From positions 1 to 60,586 of the IMG/VR virus record IMGVR_UViG_3300002219_000012: a DNA stretch of 60,586 nucleotides. One strand, given 5' to 3'. The notes under the pieces were generated by a model that was not told where the DNA came from, made no database searches, and saw only the letters and a program-made list of their open reading frames with translations. The DNA is from a virus (lineage: Duplodnaviria > Caudoviricetes). Below, piece after piece: positions 23,553-33,843 of this stretch (its first letter is position 1; each line of letters begins with the position of its first letter). The translations under genes were made by a program, and so were the position numbers.

Positions 23553-25922
23553 TTATTTTGTTAAAATTACCGGAATTAATTTAATCGTGTCCAACTCGTC
23601 AAAGTTTGCAACGGATAGCTTCCATCGCTTGCTCTTTAAATCATGTGAAGCGACAAACTTCCCGTTGGTGTCGATGGCGTAGGCTTCCCGCGATCCGTCT
23701 TCCGTCTCCAGGACCATCACCGGGCTGGTGCCGGATATTCCGATATAACCCCGCCTGAATCTCTTTTGATTGGGCATCCCGAAATCCGTTTGGCTCATAA
23801 TAACCCCGGTGCTGATATTCGCCCCGTTGTCCGTCGCGCCGGTCAGCTCGTAAATCCCCGTCGCATTCGCTCCAAAGGCTCTGTTTTCAAAGACGGCGTA
23901 GGAATTGAAATCAAACCCCGAATACATAGAAGGCATAAATTTCGGAGTATTTAAAACGTAACATTCATAAACATCATCGGCCAGTTCAATCAAAACATTC
24001 ATGGCGATGGTGTCATAGACGGCCGTATATAAAGTCCCTTTGATGGCCACAGATTCCGCAAGCACAAGGGATTCCGCGATGGTGCCGTAAATCTGTTTGA
24101 TGTTGCTGATCGTGTCCGCAATCGCAAGGCTGTCTGAAATGGAGCGTAAGAAGGTGGCAACGACGCTCACCGTATCGACGGCGGAAAGAGCTTCGTTGAT
24201 GGTGAAATTAAATCCTCTTTCGGCTCCATCCGTTAAGCCCAGGCTGTCCGTCGAAGATTCGGCCATGGTCTTTAAGGCCGTCGCCAGGTCTGTAAAACCG
24301 AGATATTCCAGGATGCCGACAACGAGTTTGTAAGTGGCAACGTCCGTGATAACCAGGGATTCGGTGATGGTGTCCGTGATGACCTTCCCGAAACTTGCAA
24401 TGTCGTAAAGGTTGAGCGTGTCCGTAAAGATTTCCTGTCCATTCCAGTTATTTGTCTGTGTGTCTTTCAGTGTCAGCCAGTCGGCAATGGCAATGCCAAG
24501 CTGTGACAACATGGCGTCGTCAAGTTGTAGTGTTTCGTCAACTGATAACAGCCAGGCCATTAAACTGTTGTCGTAAAGCATCATTCCATCATTTATTGTT
24601 TCATCCACGTCTCCATGCTCCTCTTCTCCACCGTCGGACCAATGGGCTACCTGAATAACTTCTAAAACTGTCGCCGCCTCCGACATATCTTCCATAAGGG
24701 AATCAATCGCTGAATCGACCACTAAAGGCAGGCCGATGTCTTCCATGTTGGAGGTGAAACCACTCGACACAGAGATACTGTCAACTATGGTTTTTTCACC
24801 AGCGGGCGTGAATATCCATCCAGTGTTGTTACCAGCGTCAATATTCCCATCATCGATGGGGGCATAAAAAATAGCTCCGCCGGAGGCCGATGAATATACT
24901 GGTGTTGTATAGCTAATTGAAACAACCCCGGATGATTTAATAAAATATAGCCGGTGCGTCCCGTAGGAATTACCCAATGTTAATTGTTTGTCTGACGCCC
25001 CTTGGATGGTTAAGTCATTTGATACATGGAGATAGCATCCGCCGGGTTCGTAGCTGTTCCCTCCAGCATTAAACAGCCAATAGCCGTCGCAAGTTGACGC
25101 ATCGTCTATTACCAGATCATTGATATACAGGTCGCTCCCCTGCACGCTTATTGTTTGCGAAATCACGTTGCCAGCTAAATGAAGATCGTATAAAGTTGCG
25201 TCGTCATACGATTCTGAAACAAGATAACCATAAGCATCCCCTATTTGGGCAGTTATTATTAAGCGTCGGCATGTAATTAACGAGGTCCCAGCATCCAACT
25301 CCGCGAGGGTTGTATTCAATGATAATTTATCGCATAATACTTGGGATGCCCCAAAATCTATGTAAACAGCTCCCATGCTTGTTCGGTAACTATTAAAATA
25401 AAGTTGAGCTATTTGGATAGCCGTTCCCACGGTAAATGAATGATCGTTTGTGTTGAAAGTGCCACAATAAAAAGAAGCAAACGTATCTACAGTAAGGTCG
25501 TCGAGTAGGTTAAGCTCCTCCCCGGTTCCTAAATGGACATCCAGCGACCTAATCTTACACCCTTCCGTCGTTAGGTTGCGGCTCGCGCCGCCCAGCCGGA
25601 ATTGTAACGCTATTTTTTCTACATTCATTCCAGACGCAAAGGCAACAGAACCACCTCGGACATCAAACGTGCGAACATTTGTCCCGGATCCTATGGTGGG
25701 TATATGGGTAACTGAAGAAAAATCAAGGCTCTTAACCGGTTGCGGCTCCGTCCCGTAAGTTAAGTCAATATGCTGACCGTCCGACGTGAACGAATTGCTG
25801 TCGAAAATAACATCATCATCCTTGGTAGGGACGGACTTTCCGCCTGCTCCGCCGCTGGTTTCCGCCCAATGGGTTGTTAAATACCAGTAGCCGCCATTCC
25901 CCACCCAATACCGTGTCGCCAT
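23553..25922 (-). CDS. Tail fibre/spike-like protein
   Basis: ATRYWVG..W..SGG..PT..DDVIFD N-terminus, beta-solenoid-like region, repeated (D/E)S(L/I)x(L/I)xD units. Confidence 0.7.
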   Translation of the reverse strand: MATRYWVGNGGYWYLTTHWAETSGGAGGKSVPTKDDDVIFDSNSFTSDGQHIDLTYGTEPQPVKSLDFSSVTHIPTIGSGTNVRTFDVRGGSVAFASGMNVEKIALQFRLGGASRNLTTEGCKIRSLDVHLGTGEELNLLDDLTVDTFASFYCGTFNTNDHSFTVGTAIQIAQLYFNSYRTSMGAVYIDFGASQVLCDKLSLNTTLAELDAGTSLITCRRLIITAQIGDAYGYLVSESYDDATLYDLHLAGNVISQTISVQGSDLYINDLVIDDASTCDGYWLFNAGGNSYEPGGCYLHVSNDLTIQGASDKQLTLGNSYGTHRLYFIKSSGVVSISYTTPVYSSASGGAIFYAPIDDGNIDAGNNTGWIFTPAGEKTIVDSISVSSGFTSNMEDIGLPLVVDSAIDSLMEDMSEAATVLEVIQVAHWSDGGEEEHGDVDETINDGMMLYDNSLMAWLLSVDETLQLDDAMLSQLGIAIADWLTLKDTQTNNWNGQEIFTDTLNLYDIASFGKVITDTITESLVITDVATYKLVVGILEYLGFTDLATALKTMAESSTDSLGLTDGAERGFNFTINEALSAVDTVSVVATFLRSISDSLAIADTISNIKQIYGTIAESLVLAESVAIKGTLYTAVYDTIAMNVLIELADDVYECYVLNTPKFMPSMYSGFDFNSYAVFENRAFGANATGIYELTGATDNGANISTGVIMSQTDFGMPNQKRFRRGYIGISGTSPVMVLETEDGSREAYAIDTNGKFVASHDLKSKRWKLSVANFDELDTIKLIPVILTK

Positions 25923-25932
25923 CTTTTACCCC

Positions 25933-26502
25933 TTATGCGTCGGCCAATGTAATCGTGCAGGAAACCAGCAAAATATCCGTATTGACGACAGATTTTGCGC
26001 TAGAAAATTTACTAGAGGCAAAGAGCGTCCCGCCGCCGTCTGTGTTGCCTTTGGTGCTCCCGTCCGTGCCGCCACCGCAAAGAAAAGCCCCGTAAATTGT
26101 TTTTGTGGCGTTCATGGTGAATGCCGCCTTACTTGCGTTATTGCTTGTTACCTTGGAAGACGCTGCCGCTTCAACAAAAGCCGGTCTTGTGGCTTCGGTA
26201 TAGGCTGTGCTTTCAGTAAAGCCCGGTGCGGCGTAGGTGTTGGAAACAAGAGGCGTGTAATCGTCTTCAAATAAGCCCATGTACCATGTTCCTATTGCCG
26301 TAGTTCCGTGGAAGGTCACGTCAAGCATGTGGTTCAAGCCCTGGGTCGTGTTGACGTTCTTCTGTTCCCAATGGTCGATTAACTGCCCTTTCCGGTAATG
26401 TTCAATTTTCCACCAAGTACCGACGGGGATAATGGATTTGACGGGCTGCGATCTAATAATCTCTGCGCCGAAGGTTGTTTTCAATGGTAAGTGTGCATTC
26501 AT
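25933..26502 (-). CDS. Tail structural protein
   Basis: Paralog of 29498-30076 (FTMNA..TIYGAFL..GTLF). Confidence 0.7.
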   Translation of the reverse strand: MNAHLPLKTTFGAEIIRSQPVKSIIPVGTWWKIEHYRKGQLIDHWEQKNVNTTQGLNHMLDVTFHGTTAIGTWYMGLFEDDYTPLVSNTYAAPGFTESTAYTEATRPAFVEAAASSKVTSNNASKAAFTMNATKTIYGAFLCGGGTDGSTKGNTDGGGTLFASSKFSSAKSVVNTDILLVSCTITLADA

Positions 26503-26516
26503 TTTTTATTTCTCCT

Positions 26517-28640
26517 TTATGGGTTTAATCTGTCCGTATGGGGAAGATGGATAAACCCCTTGACGTTCTCTATGGAAACTCCAGCCGCTGCCGCCACTTT
26601 CGATGTATAGTCGGAACCGTTCACATAAATACGGTAAACGTCGTCTCCTGTGGGTACTTCCCGCCTGAAATTGAATGATTGTATTAAGATGTCGCCGTCG
26701 TTGTCGATGTTGCTCCACGGGTGCATATAGCGAATGTCGCCGGGGTCCTCGTTAAACCGGTATTTCCGCCCTTCGTCATAATCAGCGTTATAGTAATCCG
26801 CCTGGTCCATCGGATTGAATCGGTATGGCCAGCAAGCCATTCCAACTTCTCCGTGTGCGGCGATGGTTTCTCCGAAAGGCGTCACCCATTTTTGAAAATC
26901 GTAGGTCCCGGATGTGGTATCCATCGGGTAGTCGATTTCAAACCCGAATACACTGCTATTGTTTACGCCTCCCCACCAATACATAGGGTTGCCGAAAGTT
27001 CTGTTGATGACGATAGGGATGTATCGCGTATCTTTAAAATTGGCGGTATCCCAATCAATAGCCCATCTCGTTTCTGGCTCTGTCGGGGCCGTAGCCAATG
27101 TCCTGTAAGTGTATTGGAAATCGTAATATCCCGGCCTGGAAATGACTTCGTAATCATGCAGAAACACACCGTTGCCCGGATTGTGCTCCGTCGCCACACT
27201 CGCGGTTCCGTCACGATTGATCAAGCCTGGGCATGGAAGATCGTAAGGGCCGGTTTCGTCGATGAATGTCACTGCATGGTCGATTAGACGATATTCCCTG
27301 ACATAGATGGGGCTGTCGTACCACTGGTCCGGGTAGGGTTGCCCGATATAGATGCTGTTGTTGTCCACTGAAAAATTCATCCCGGTCCCCCACCAGTAGG
27401 GGATTACGGAATATCCAGCCGACATTTGGTATGAGTATTCCCTTGCGAGGAAGGGGACGCGCCAGTAGGAATAATTAGAAACATCACGATTCGGCACCCG
27501 GTAAAGGATGTTCAATTCCGGGTCGAGGATATAAAACCAGACAGAATCACTGCCCGGATAATACGGTGGCGATGCCTCTTCGATAACGGAAGACGCGCCC
27601 ATCCAGGCAAACGGCGTAATGGACGCCCAGCAGGAGCCGATCTGCCTCCGGCGGTAAAGAAAATCTTCCGTTCCGCCCCACTTGAAACTTTCGTTGGCGA
27701 TGACGCTATCGCTGCTCACGTCCAGGGCAAAATCCCCTTCGGTGGTCTGTACGACGCACCAGGCGTGACGCGAGCCGGAGCTCTTGATGTATCCGGTTTC
27801 GATATGGATAGCCGATGCCGGATAACCGTAAACATTGATTAACCGATCCGCTTTTGTAAGGGCGAAGTCCTCGCAGTCACCGTCGGCTCCCTTTTTGACA
27901 AGGATTTGCCAAACATCGGTCCCGGAAGGCTCCGCAACCTGGTCGAAATAATCATTCGCCCAGGCGTTGACGGTGTTCATATCGGAAAGAACCGTAGGGG
28001 AATACGTGATCTGGCTGTTGGCCTTATTTGTCACCAGGGGATGAGATGCGTTTAGGGCCGCCCAATTCGTCCACCCGAGAACAGGCGAAGGGTTCATGTA
28101 TATATTGGTGGTGATGAAATAAAGGTCCTTCTCCGTGCTGCTCCCGCCAATCGTGACATTGTGCGTGAACTTTTTGGCCCAAAAAATTACCGGCTGTTTC
28201 CCCGCGTTGACAATCGTATGATCAGCGCAATTCTCCGTGTTTATCACCGTGAGAGTGCCGCCGTCCATCGTTCCGTACTTCATCTTGTAGGTGTCGCCGT
28301 CGAAATAGAGGATGTAGAAATCGCATGTTGGTTGAGGAGCTTCCGGGGTTCTATTTATCGGTCCCAATACGCGGTAAGTTCTGTTTTCTCCGGCCGGTTT
28401 GATCTCACGCATTACAATGACTTTATCAGCAGCCCGGAAGGCCGCCGCCGCCCCCTGAATAGCCCCATTGCTCCGCAATGTTCCCGTCCCGGAGGTATGG
28501 AAATACAGCGGAGCGGTAACAGTAGCCCCGTCAACGGTTACGGTGCAGGTATCCGCCACGGAGTCTATTGTTACAATCGTTCCCTGGAGAAACTCATAAT
28601 TCAGGGCTTCTCCGATGTTTTTGAAGTCAATCGTCGGCAT
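26517..28640 (-). CDS. Tail-region protein with transglutaminase-like cysteine protease (BTLCP/C93) domain
   Basis: GDCEDFALTK...HAWCVVQTTEGDFALD Cys-His-Asp triad; OB-like N-terminus. Confidence 0.8.
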   Translation of the reverse strand: MPTIDFKNIGEALNYEFLQGTIVTIDSVADTCTVTVDGATVTAPLYFHTSGTGTLRSNGAIQGAAAAFRAADKVIVMREIKPAGENRTYRVLGPINRTPEAPQPTCDFYILYFDGDTYKMKYGTMDGGTLTVINTENCADHTIVNAGKQPVIFWAKKFTHNVTIGGSSTEKDLYFITTNIYMNPSPVLGWTNWAALNASHPLVTNKANSQITYSPTVLSDMNTVNAWANDYFDQVAEPSGTDVWQILVKKGADGDCEDFALTKADRLINVYGYPASAIHIETGYIKSSGSRHAWCVVQTTEGDFALDVSSDSVIANESFKWGGTEDFLYRRRQIGSCWASITPFAWMGASSVIEEASPPYYPGSDSVWFYILDPELNILYRVPNRDVSNYSYWRVPFLAREYSYQMSAGYSVIPYWWGTGMNFSVDNNSIYIGQPYPDQWYDSPIYVREYRLIDHAVTFIDETGPYDLPCPGLINRDGTASVATEHNPGNGVFLHDYEVISRPGYYDFQYTYRTLATAPTEPETRWAIDWDTANFKDTRYIPIVINRTFGNPMYWWGGVNNSSVFGFEIDYPMDTTSGTYDFQKWVTPFGETIAAHGEVGMACWPYRFNPMDQADYYNADYDEGRKYRFNEDPGDIRYMHPWSNIDNDGDILIQSFNFRREVPTGDDVYRIYVNGSDYTSKVAAAAGVSIENVKGFIHLPHTDRLNP

Positions 28641-29427
28641 TCCGCACCCCTAGTCCAGACGGGTTAAGCTCTTGTTCCCAGGCGCGACGTTGCGCCAAGG
28701 CTTCTTCGTAGGTTTTAAAATATTTCCTGTGAATAATCCCTTCTACCTGCAACCTTGCGTCCCAACCTCCGTCCAGATGTCGAGATACTCCCGCTGTTCC
28801 ATTCCGGTGCTTATAGGAATTATGGTGGTTCTGCCCATCATTGCATATCCGAAGGTTACGCTTTCGGTTGTCCAGTTTGTTCCCGTCAATGTGGTCTGTT
28901 TTTGCATAGAAACCGGATGCGTCCAGCACCAGTCGGTGCATGTAAATACCCCTGCGGCTTATCCTGTCTATTGCTTGAGCGTATCCGGTCGCCACGTTCC
29001 TGCACCACGTATGGTTGCGAATAACAGGGTAATCCTCATAATCAATGTATGCCTCATAAGTGACCCCTTTGCTTTTTATCAAAACGATTACCGTGTCACC
29101 CTCTATGCGATACTCATTCCCCTTGAGGTTTATCCCGCGAGACCGGTGCAGCTCTACTCTGTCCGTCGGCAACAGATTTGACCTTCGCAAATCAAACGTA
29201 TTGCCGTTGACAAAGCGAACGTGCTTAGAGCCAGTAAGGTGTTTGTGTAAAGTCACGGTGCGGACAATGCTGTTTTCATCTCGGTAGGAGGTAAATACAA
29301 GTCGCCTTCCAGATTTGCGCCACCTGTGTTTTCCGACCATTTCAATGTCGGCAGCATCGAACATTACTTTTTCTCCCTGAACATCCATCGTGACCACATC
29401 CCCATTCACGCTAAATTCATTTTTCAT
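28627..29427 (-). CDS. HNH homing endonuclease with duplicated (one degenerate) HNH unit
   Basis: LHKHL..VRFVNGNTFDLRRSNL and MHRLVL..DHIDGNKLDNRKRNL; AP2-like tail. Confidence 0.85.
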   Translation of the reverse strand: MKNEFSVNGDVVTMDVQGEKVMFDAADIEMVGKHRWRKSGRRLVFTSYRDENSIVRTVTLHKHLTGSKHVRFVNGNTFDLRRSNLLPTDRVELHRSRGINLKGNEYRIEGDTVIVLIKSKGVTYEAYIDYEDYPVIRNHTWCRNVATGYAQAIDRISRRGIYMHRLVLDASGFYAKTDHIDGNKLDNRKRNLRICNDGQNHHNSYKHRNGTAGVSRHLDGGWDARLQVEGIIHRKYFKTYEEALAQRRAWEQELNPSGLGVRNADD

Positions 29428-29452
29428 AAGAGGCTCCTTTTGATTTTTTCTT

Positions 29453-29481
29453 ATTCTATCACAAGAAGCCCCTTATGTAAA
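29453..29481 (-). promoter_or_regulatory. Sigma70-type promoter for HNH gene
   Basis: TTTACA-17 bp-TAGAAT with TG extension; AAGGAG SD downstream. Confidence 0.65.
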
Positions 29482-29497
29482 TGTTATTTCTTGCACG

Positions 29498-30076
29498 TTA
29501 CGAAGTAGTGCAAGAAATTACGTATGTAACGCTAAGCACGTCGTCCGCGATAACCGCCCTGGAAGAAGAAAACGCCTTCGCACAGAACAGGGTGCCGCTT
29601 GTTGCCGTCTTCGCCGCCGCCGTGGACAGGAAAGCGCCGTAAATGGTAATGCTTGCGTTCATCGTAAAGGATGCCGCGCTTGCCGCGTTCGTGCAGGATG
29701 CCGTCGATGTCGAGGCGATGGTGTAGGCCGGTTTGTTTGTGGCCGGAGAATCATAATCCGCATCCTGGCATTCGCCGTATGTGCCGGCGGCTCCAAGTTT
29801 GACCGCTGCCGTGTCGCCCACTGCCGGAGTAACATTGTTCTTGAAAATACCGCAATAAATCGCCGCTTCCGTGGCCTGCGCCCGGAAAACGATGTTCAGA
29901 AGCCTCGCCATTCCTTCGGTCGTGAAGGTGTTGTGCCCCTGGTTGCAAGAATGAATCAGGCGGCCCTTTCGGAAATGATCAGTGAAAACATCACCATGAA
30001 AGGCAATGCCCGATTCCCGGAAGTGTTTTGCCGCATACCTTAAGTTCGCGTCGTCTCGAAATTTTGTTAAATCCAT
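29498..30076 (-). CDS. Tail structural protein
   Basis: Paralog of 25933-26502. Confidence 0.7.
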   Translation of the reverse strand: MDLTKFRDDANLRYAAKHFRESGIAFHGDVFTDHFRKGRLIHSCNQGHNTFTTEGMARLLNIVFRAQATEAAIYCGIFKNNVTPAVGDTAAVKLGAAGTYGECQDADYDSPATNKPAYTIASTSTASCTNAASAASFTMNASITIYGAFLSTAAAKTATSGTLFCAKAFSSSRAVIADDVLSVTYVISCTTS

Positions 30077-30100
30077 TGTTATTCTCCTTTTTTGGTTAAA

Positions 30101-30182
30101 ATAAAAAAGCCTGGCTCTACGGAAAAATCCGTAAAACCAGGCTCATAGTCCCTTCGTAATGAAGGCTTTTAGTCCCTGTATG
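30101..30182 (-). terminator. Conserved GGGACT element + long intrinsic terminator, copy E2
   Basis: CATACAGGGACTAAAAGCCTTC-ATTAC-GAAGGGACTATG-AGCCTGG...CCAGGCT + T run. Confidence 0.8.
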
Positions 30183-30188
30183 TGATAA

Positions 30189-31517
30189 TTAAATAATCAC
30201 CCCTCCGCGTGTGACTACGCACGTTGCCGAATCAGTAAAGCCGGCGCTGCTGCCCATCAAATTCGCCCTTCTGTTAAAAACGTCAATCATCCCGTTCTTA
30301 AATGCGTTGTACGTTTCTGCATCCATACTGCCTTTTCCGCTGCCGGTCGCTCCCGTTGTGAAACTGGCCAGGTATTGAAATACGCCTTCGAGGTTCCGGT
30401 ATAATGAAGCCCCGCGTGACGGTATCCCCGTTTTGAGTTTGTTTTTTGTCAGATTAAAGAGTTTCCCGGATACATTCCCCGCCACAATCCCCTCAACCGT
30501 CATCCAGACAGGGACATCCACAAAACCTTTTTCCGGTGTCCCAAGGACACTTCCAAGGTCAGGAAGATTGTTGCAGTAAGACAGGGTGCCCATGATAGAC
30601 CCGGCCCCCGCGTCGGATAGCTGCATTTTGTCCGGCTCCGTCCCGGCGAGGAAAACCGTCTTTTCTTTCGTGCCGACAAACAGCCCCGTGGAAACTTTGG
30701 CAATCAACGACACTTTGGAATCAAAGGTGAATTTATTTCCCGCCAGCTTAAACCAGCCCAGTTTGAAAGGTTCGCTGTAATACATCGTATTGCCGGAAGA
30801 CCCCCAGGCCCGCCCAAAGGCGTAACAGAGGTTCTCCATGTAAGGCGGAGGCGAGCACATGAAGGACGGTAAAGGTTCGACCGTGGGAAGATCAACGATC
30901 TGGCTTGTCGCCCCGACAAGATAAAAAATGCCCTCGTCGGAGTCCGTAGCCCAAACCAAAGCCCCGGATGGACGGTTTAAAACCTGAATTCCACCCTCGG
31001 CTGAAAGCGTAATCGTGGAAATAGGCCCGTTTCCGGATAATTCGCCGCTTGTAACATTGGTCATGGTGATACGATAGGTACCGGCAGGGAGATTGCCTGA
31101 ACCTGCAAGGAGCATCGGGCCGGGAGGTTGCGGCACGCCCCAGGAGGCTACCGAGCTAGCGGTAGGATCAAAGATTCCCTGCCAGTATGGATCGCTGATA
31201 TAAACCTTGTCGTCTGCCTCAAAATAAGACAGCGGATACATGGGACCGGTTATCGTTCCGACACTTACCGCCGCACCCTGGGATATCCGATAAAGGATTC
31301 CAGAGGCAGCGCAGAGCATACAGGAATTCCCCGCCCAAAGACTGTGAGCGCCCGCAAGGGTAATATACAGGGTTTTGCCGACCCGTTTTGTTAGCTCGCC
31401 TGCCAGGCTTACATCGGAATTCAAAACTACGCGGGGGGAGACTATTCCTTTTCGGGAATAAAAACTCTCGTCCACGTTGTTTGCTCCCGAAAACCCTGCA
31501 ATATCTATTTCAGCCAT
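30189..31517 (-). CDS. Tail stabilisation/nozzle-like protein
   Basis: GFSGANN N-terminus, beta-propeller-like strands, YYSEP; follows adaptor gene. Confidence 0.6.
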   Translation of the reverse strand: MAEIDIAGFSGANNVDESFYSRKGIVSPRVVLNSDVSLAGELTKRVGKTLYITLAGAHSLWAGNSCMLCAASGILYRISQGAAVSVGTITGPMYPLSYFEADDKVYISDPYWQGIFDPTASSVASWGVPQPPGPMLLAGSGNLPAGTYRITMTNVTSGELSGNGPISTITLSAEGGIQVLNRPSGALVWATDSDEGIFYLVGATSQIVDLPTVEPLPSFMCSPPPYMENLCYAFGRAWGSSGNTMYYSEPFKLGWFKLAGNKFTFDSKVSLIAKVSTGLFVGTKEKTVFLAGTEPDKMQLSDAGAGSIMGTLSYCNNLPDLGSVLGTPEKGFVDVPVWMTVEGIVAGNVSGKLFNLTKNKLKTGIPSRGASLYRNLEGVFQYLASFTTGATGSGKGSMDAETYNAFKNGMIDVFNRRANLMGSSAGFTDSATCVVTRGGVII

Positions 31518-31550
31518 TGACTTTTCCTTAAAAATTTACTAATATACTCC

Positions 31551-32579
31551 TTAATCACACGCCCCCGCGTCTTCATAGTCTCCGCTTCCGTAATACATGG
31601 GCTCGGCGTCGATCCCGACAAAATCACAAAGGTCCGTCATGGCCTCGTAAAACTTGCCTGTATGATATTTGACGCCAATCCCGTGATTATCCTGGCCGTC
31701 TTCAATCGCTTCACCGAATATCTCTTTTAAAACGTAGTGCTTAATAAGCCGAAGCTGTAAATGCTCCGGAATTCCATCAGGTTCGTCGGTTGCCGTGACC
31801 ATAGTCGTTGGTTTCTTATAATAATGAAGGCCCAGCGTTGTCGCCGCCGTGGGAATCCCCTGATAATAGAGTTTCGATCCCTTCACACACACCCGGTAAA
31901 CAGACCCGGCTTCCGTTAGGTTAAAATTGTTGACCCTCTTTAAAAAGAGGGCGAAGGCGTAATAATCACCGCCGCTGGGCGGAGCGATCCGGGACCCGCT
32001 TGAATCGTAAATATTTATTACTTTCCGTTGATAATTCACGGGCAGGGAGACATAAGGCAAGGTTGTCGAAGTCGTCACCGTGGATTGAGTAAAAAGATCA
32101 GGTAACGGAGGCGATATTTGACCTTTCGGCATCCGAATACCCGCCGCTATCGAATTAACTGCGTCATTGATCCGCTCGGCTATCTTCGTATTCGTAAAGG
32201 CGGAATCTTGAAGGATGTCCTGAATAGCATTGGTCAACGTGGTTAAATTCTGTCCGCCCGCAATTTCAGATAGTCCGGCTGATTCCTCGACTGGAAGAAT
32301 CCCATCAAGCGAGAAGACAGACCCGCCACTCCCGGCAATAAGGCAGGTGATCAGGTAATTATGGCCAGTTGTCCCGCCCTGGACGTAGGCGTAAACGATT
32401 TGGTCTGTATTCGTCTGTTTGGCGGCGTCCAGAACCGTTGCCGTCGCATCATCGAGGGTGGCCAGGTCCGTTGCTGTAATCGTGACCGATGAGATGGTTT
32501 CGACCCCGAGGACAGCGGTAAAGTCAAAACTGATTGAATATCCCTCTGAAGGCTGCTTCGTTGTAAATGCGGTTGTCAT
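31551..32579 (-). CDS. Head-tail adaptor-like protein with extra N-terminal beta domain
   Basis: C-half L..AIQDIL..IN.A..LP.NY..YYKKP..DEP.GIPEHL adaptor pattern; N-half KQPSE..FDF. Confidence 0.6.
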   Translation of the reverse strand: MTTAFTTKQPSEGYSISFDFTAVLGVETISSVTITATDLATLDDATATVLDAAKQTNTDQIVYAYVQGGTTGHNYLITCLIAGSGGSVFSLDGILPVEESAGLSEIAGGQNLTTLTNAIQDILQDSAFTNTKIAERINDAVNSIAAGIRMPKGQISPPLPDLFTQSTVTTSTTLPYVSLPVNYQRKVINIYDSSGSRIAPPSGGDYYAFALFLKRVNNFNLTEAGSVYRVCVKGSKLYYQGIPTAATTLGLHYYKKPTTMVTATDEPDGIPEHLQLRLIKHYVLKEIFGEAIEDGQDNHGIGVKYHTGKFYEAMTDLCDFVGIDAEPMYYGSGDYEDAGACD

Positions 32580-32582
32580 ATA

Positions 32583-33839
32583 TTAAACCCCTGTTATCCT
32601 TGGTTGTGCCGTCGCTCTCCGAACCTTTTCCGCGCTGACCGTGTTTCTGCCTGCTGCGTGAGAATAAACCGTTTGGACCAATCCGCTACGGGCCTTTAAA
32701 AGAGTTACATCCGACCCGCTGATTAGAAACGCTTTTGGGTTCACCCTTATCCCCAGCCTGAAAATATCGACGTCCGATCCGGTGACGGTAAGGGCTCCGG
32801 CGCCTATCAATAGCTTCTTAAGACGACCCAGGCCCACATCGGACCCGGAAACCGCCACGTCTCCAAACAGCGCTTGCAATCGCCTGTCTTTGGTCAAGGC
32901 AACGTCGCTACCCGCGACCGCAACAGGGCCGACCGTGGCATCAATCTTCTTATCCGCCAGTAGGGTTATCGGCTGTCCCGATAACGCAAAGGCTTTTGTC
33001 CCGGCAGCTACTTTACGGGAAGCAAATAAGGCGACATCCTGGCCGTCCGCGCCGATGGCTCCGGAGTCGATATGAAAAACCAGTTTCCCCTTGAACCCGA
33101 CCGCCGTACCCCTAAAGGCAATGGCCCCCGAAGAAGCGGAAATCTTGCGCTGGGCCGATAAATCGACAGCCGTCCCCGTAAGTTCTACCGCGCCACTCCC
33201 TGCCGAAACAAACGAGTCCCGTCTTAACCCTACGCTTTGACCGGTTTCGGCAATCGCACCCGCACCCGCTTCTATTTTTCGGGCGACGATAAGGGAAACA
33301 GACGTTCCGGACGTGGCCAGGCTCCCGGCAGAAGCCGTTAATGGGTATGTTCGATCAAAGTCAACCGTTGTCCCGGAAAGAGTTAAGGCTTTGCTCTCCG
33401 CCGCGATTTTCCTTGTCGCAACCAGGTCAATGGCTGTCCCCGTTAGCTCAATGTCCCCGGCAGCAATCGGCAGCGGGCAATTTCTATCAAGGGAAACCGC
33501 AGTTCCGGAAACCGCCAGCGCCTTCGTTGCCACCGCAAGGGTTCTTGTCGCCACTAACCCGGCAGCGGTCCCTTGACAAGCCACCACACCGGAGGCCGCA
33601 TTCAGGGCAAAGGTTCTCGCAAACAAAACGCCTGTCCCGGCTATGGCAAGGGACTCTGTGTCCGCCGCTACCCTTCGGGCGGCAATCAAACACAGACCGG
33701 TTCCAGCCACAACAAACTGCCCGCTTACGGCGTTAAGGATGGCCTCCGATGCCCCCCCATCTATCCATTCGCCAAACGTATCGAATGTATCGACAATCGG
33801 CGCACCGTAAAATTCAGACAGTTCGATGTAAGTACTCAA
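32583..33839 (-). CDS. Tail fibre-like protein with ~22-23-aa GxxxxxG repeats
   Basis: Recurrent AxxGxxxxxGxxVxL units. Confidence 0.65.
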   Translation of the reverse strand: MSTYIELSEFYGAPIVDTFDTFGEWIDGGASEAILNAVSGQFVVAGTGLCLIAARRVAADTESLAIAGTGVLFARTFALNAASGVVACQGTAAGLVATRTLAVATKALAVSGTAVSLDRNCPLPIAAGDIELTGTAIDLVATRKIAAESKALTLSGTTVDFDRTYPLTASAGSLATSGTSVSLIVARKIEAGAGAIAETGQSVGLRRDSFVSAGSGAVELTGTAVDLSAQRKISASSGAIAFRGTAVGFKGKLVFHIDSGAIGADGQDVALFASRKVAAGTKAFALSGQPITLLADKKIDATVGPVAVAGSDVALTKDRRLQALFGDVAVSGSDVGLGRLKKLLIGAGALTVTGSDVDIFRLGIRVNPKAFLISGSDVTLLKARSGLVQTVYSHAAGRNTVSAEKVRRATAQPRITGV

Positions 33840-33843
33840 TCCC

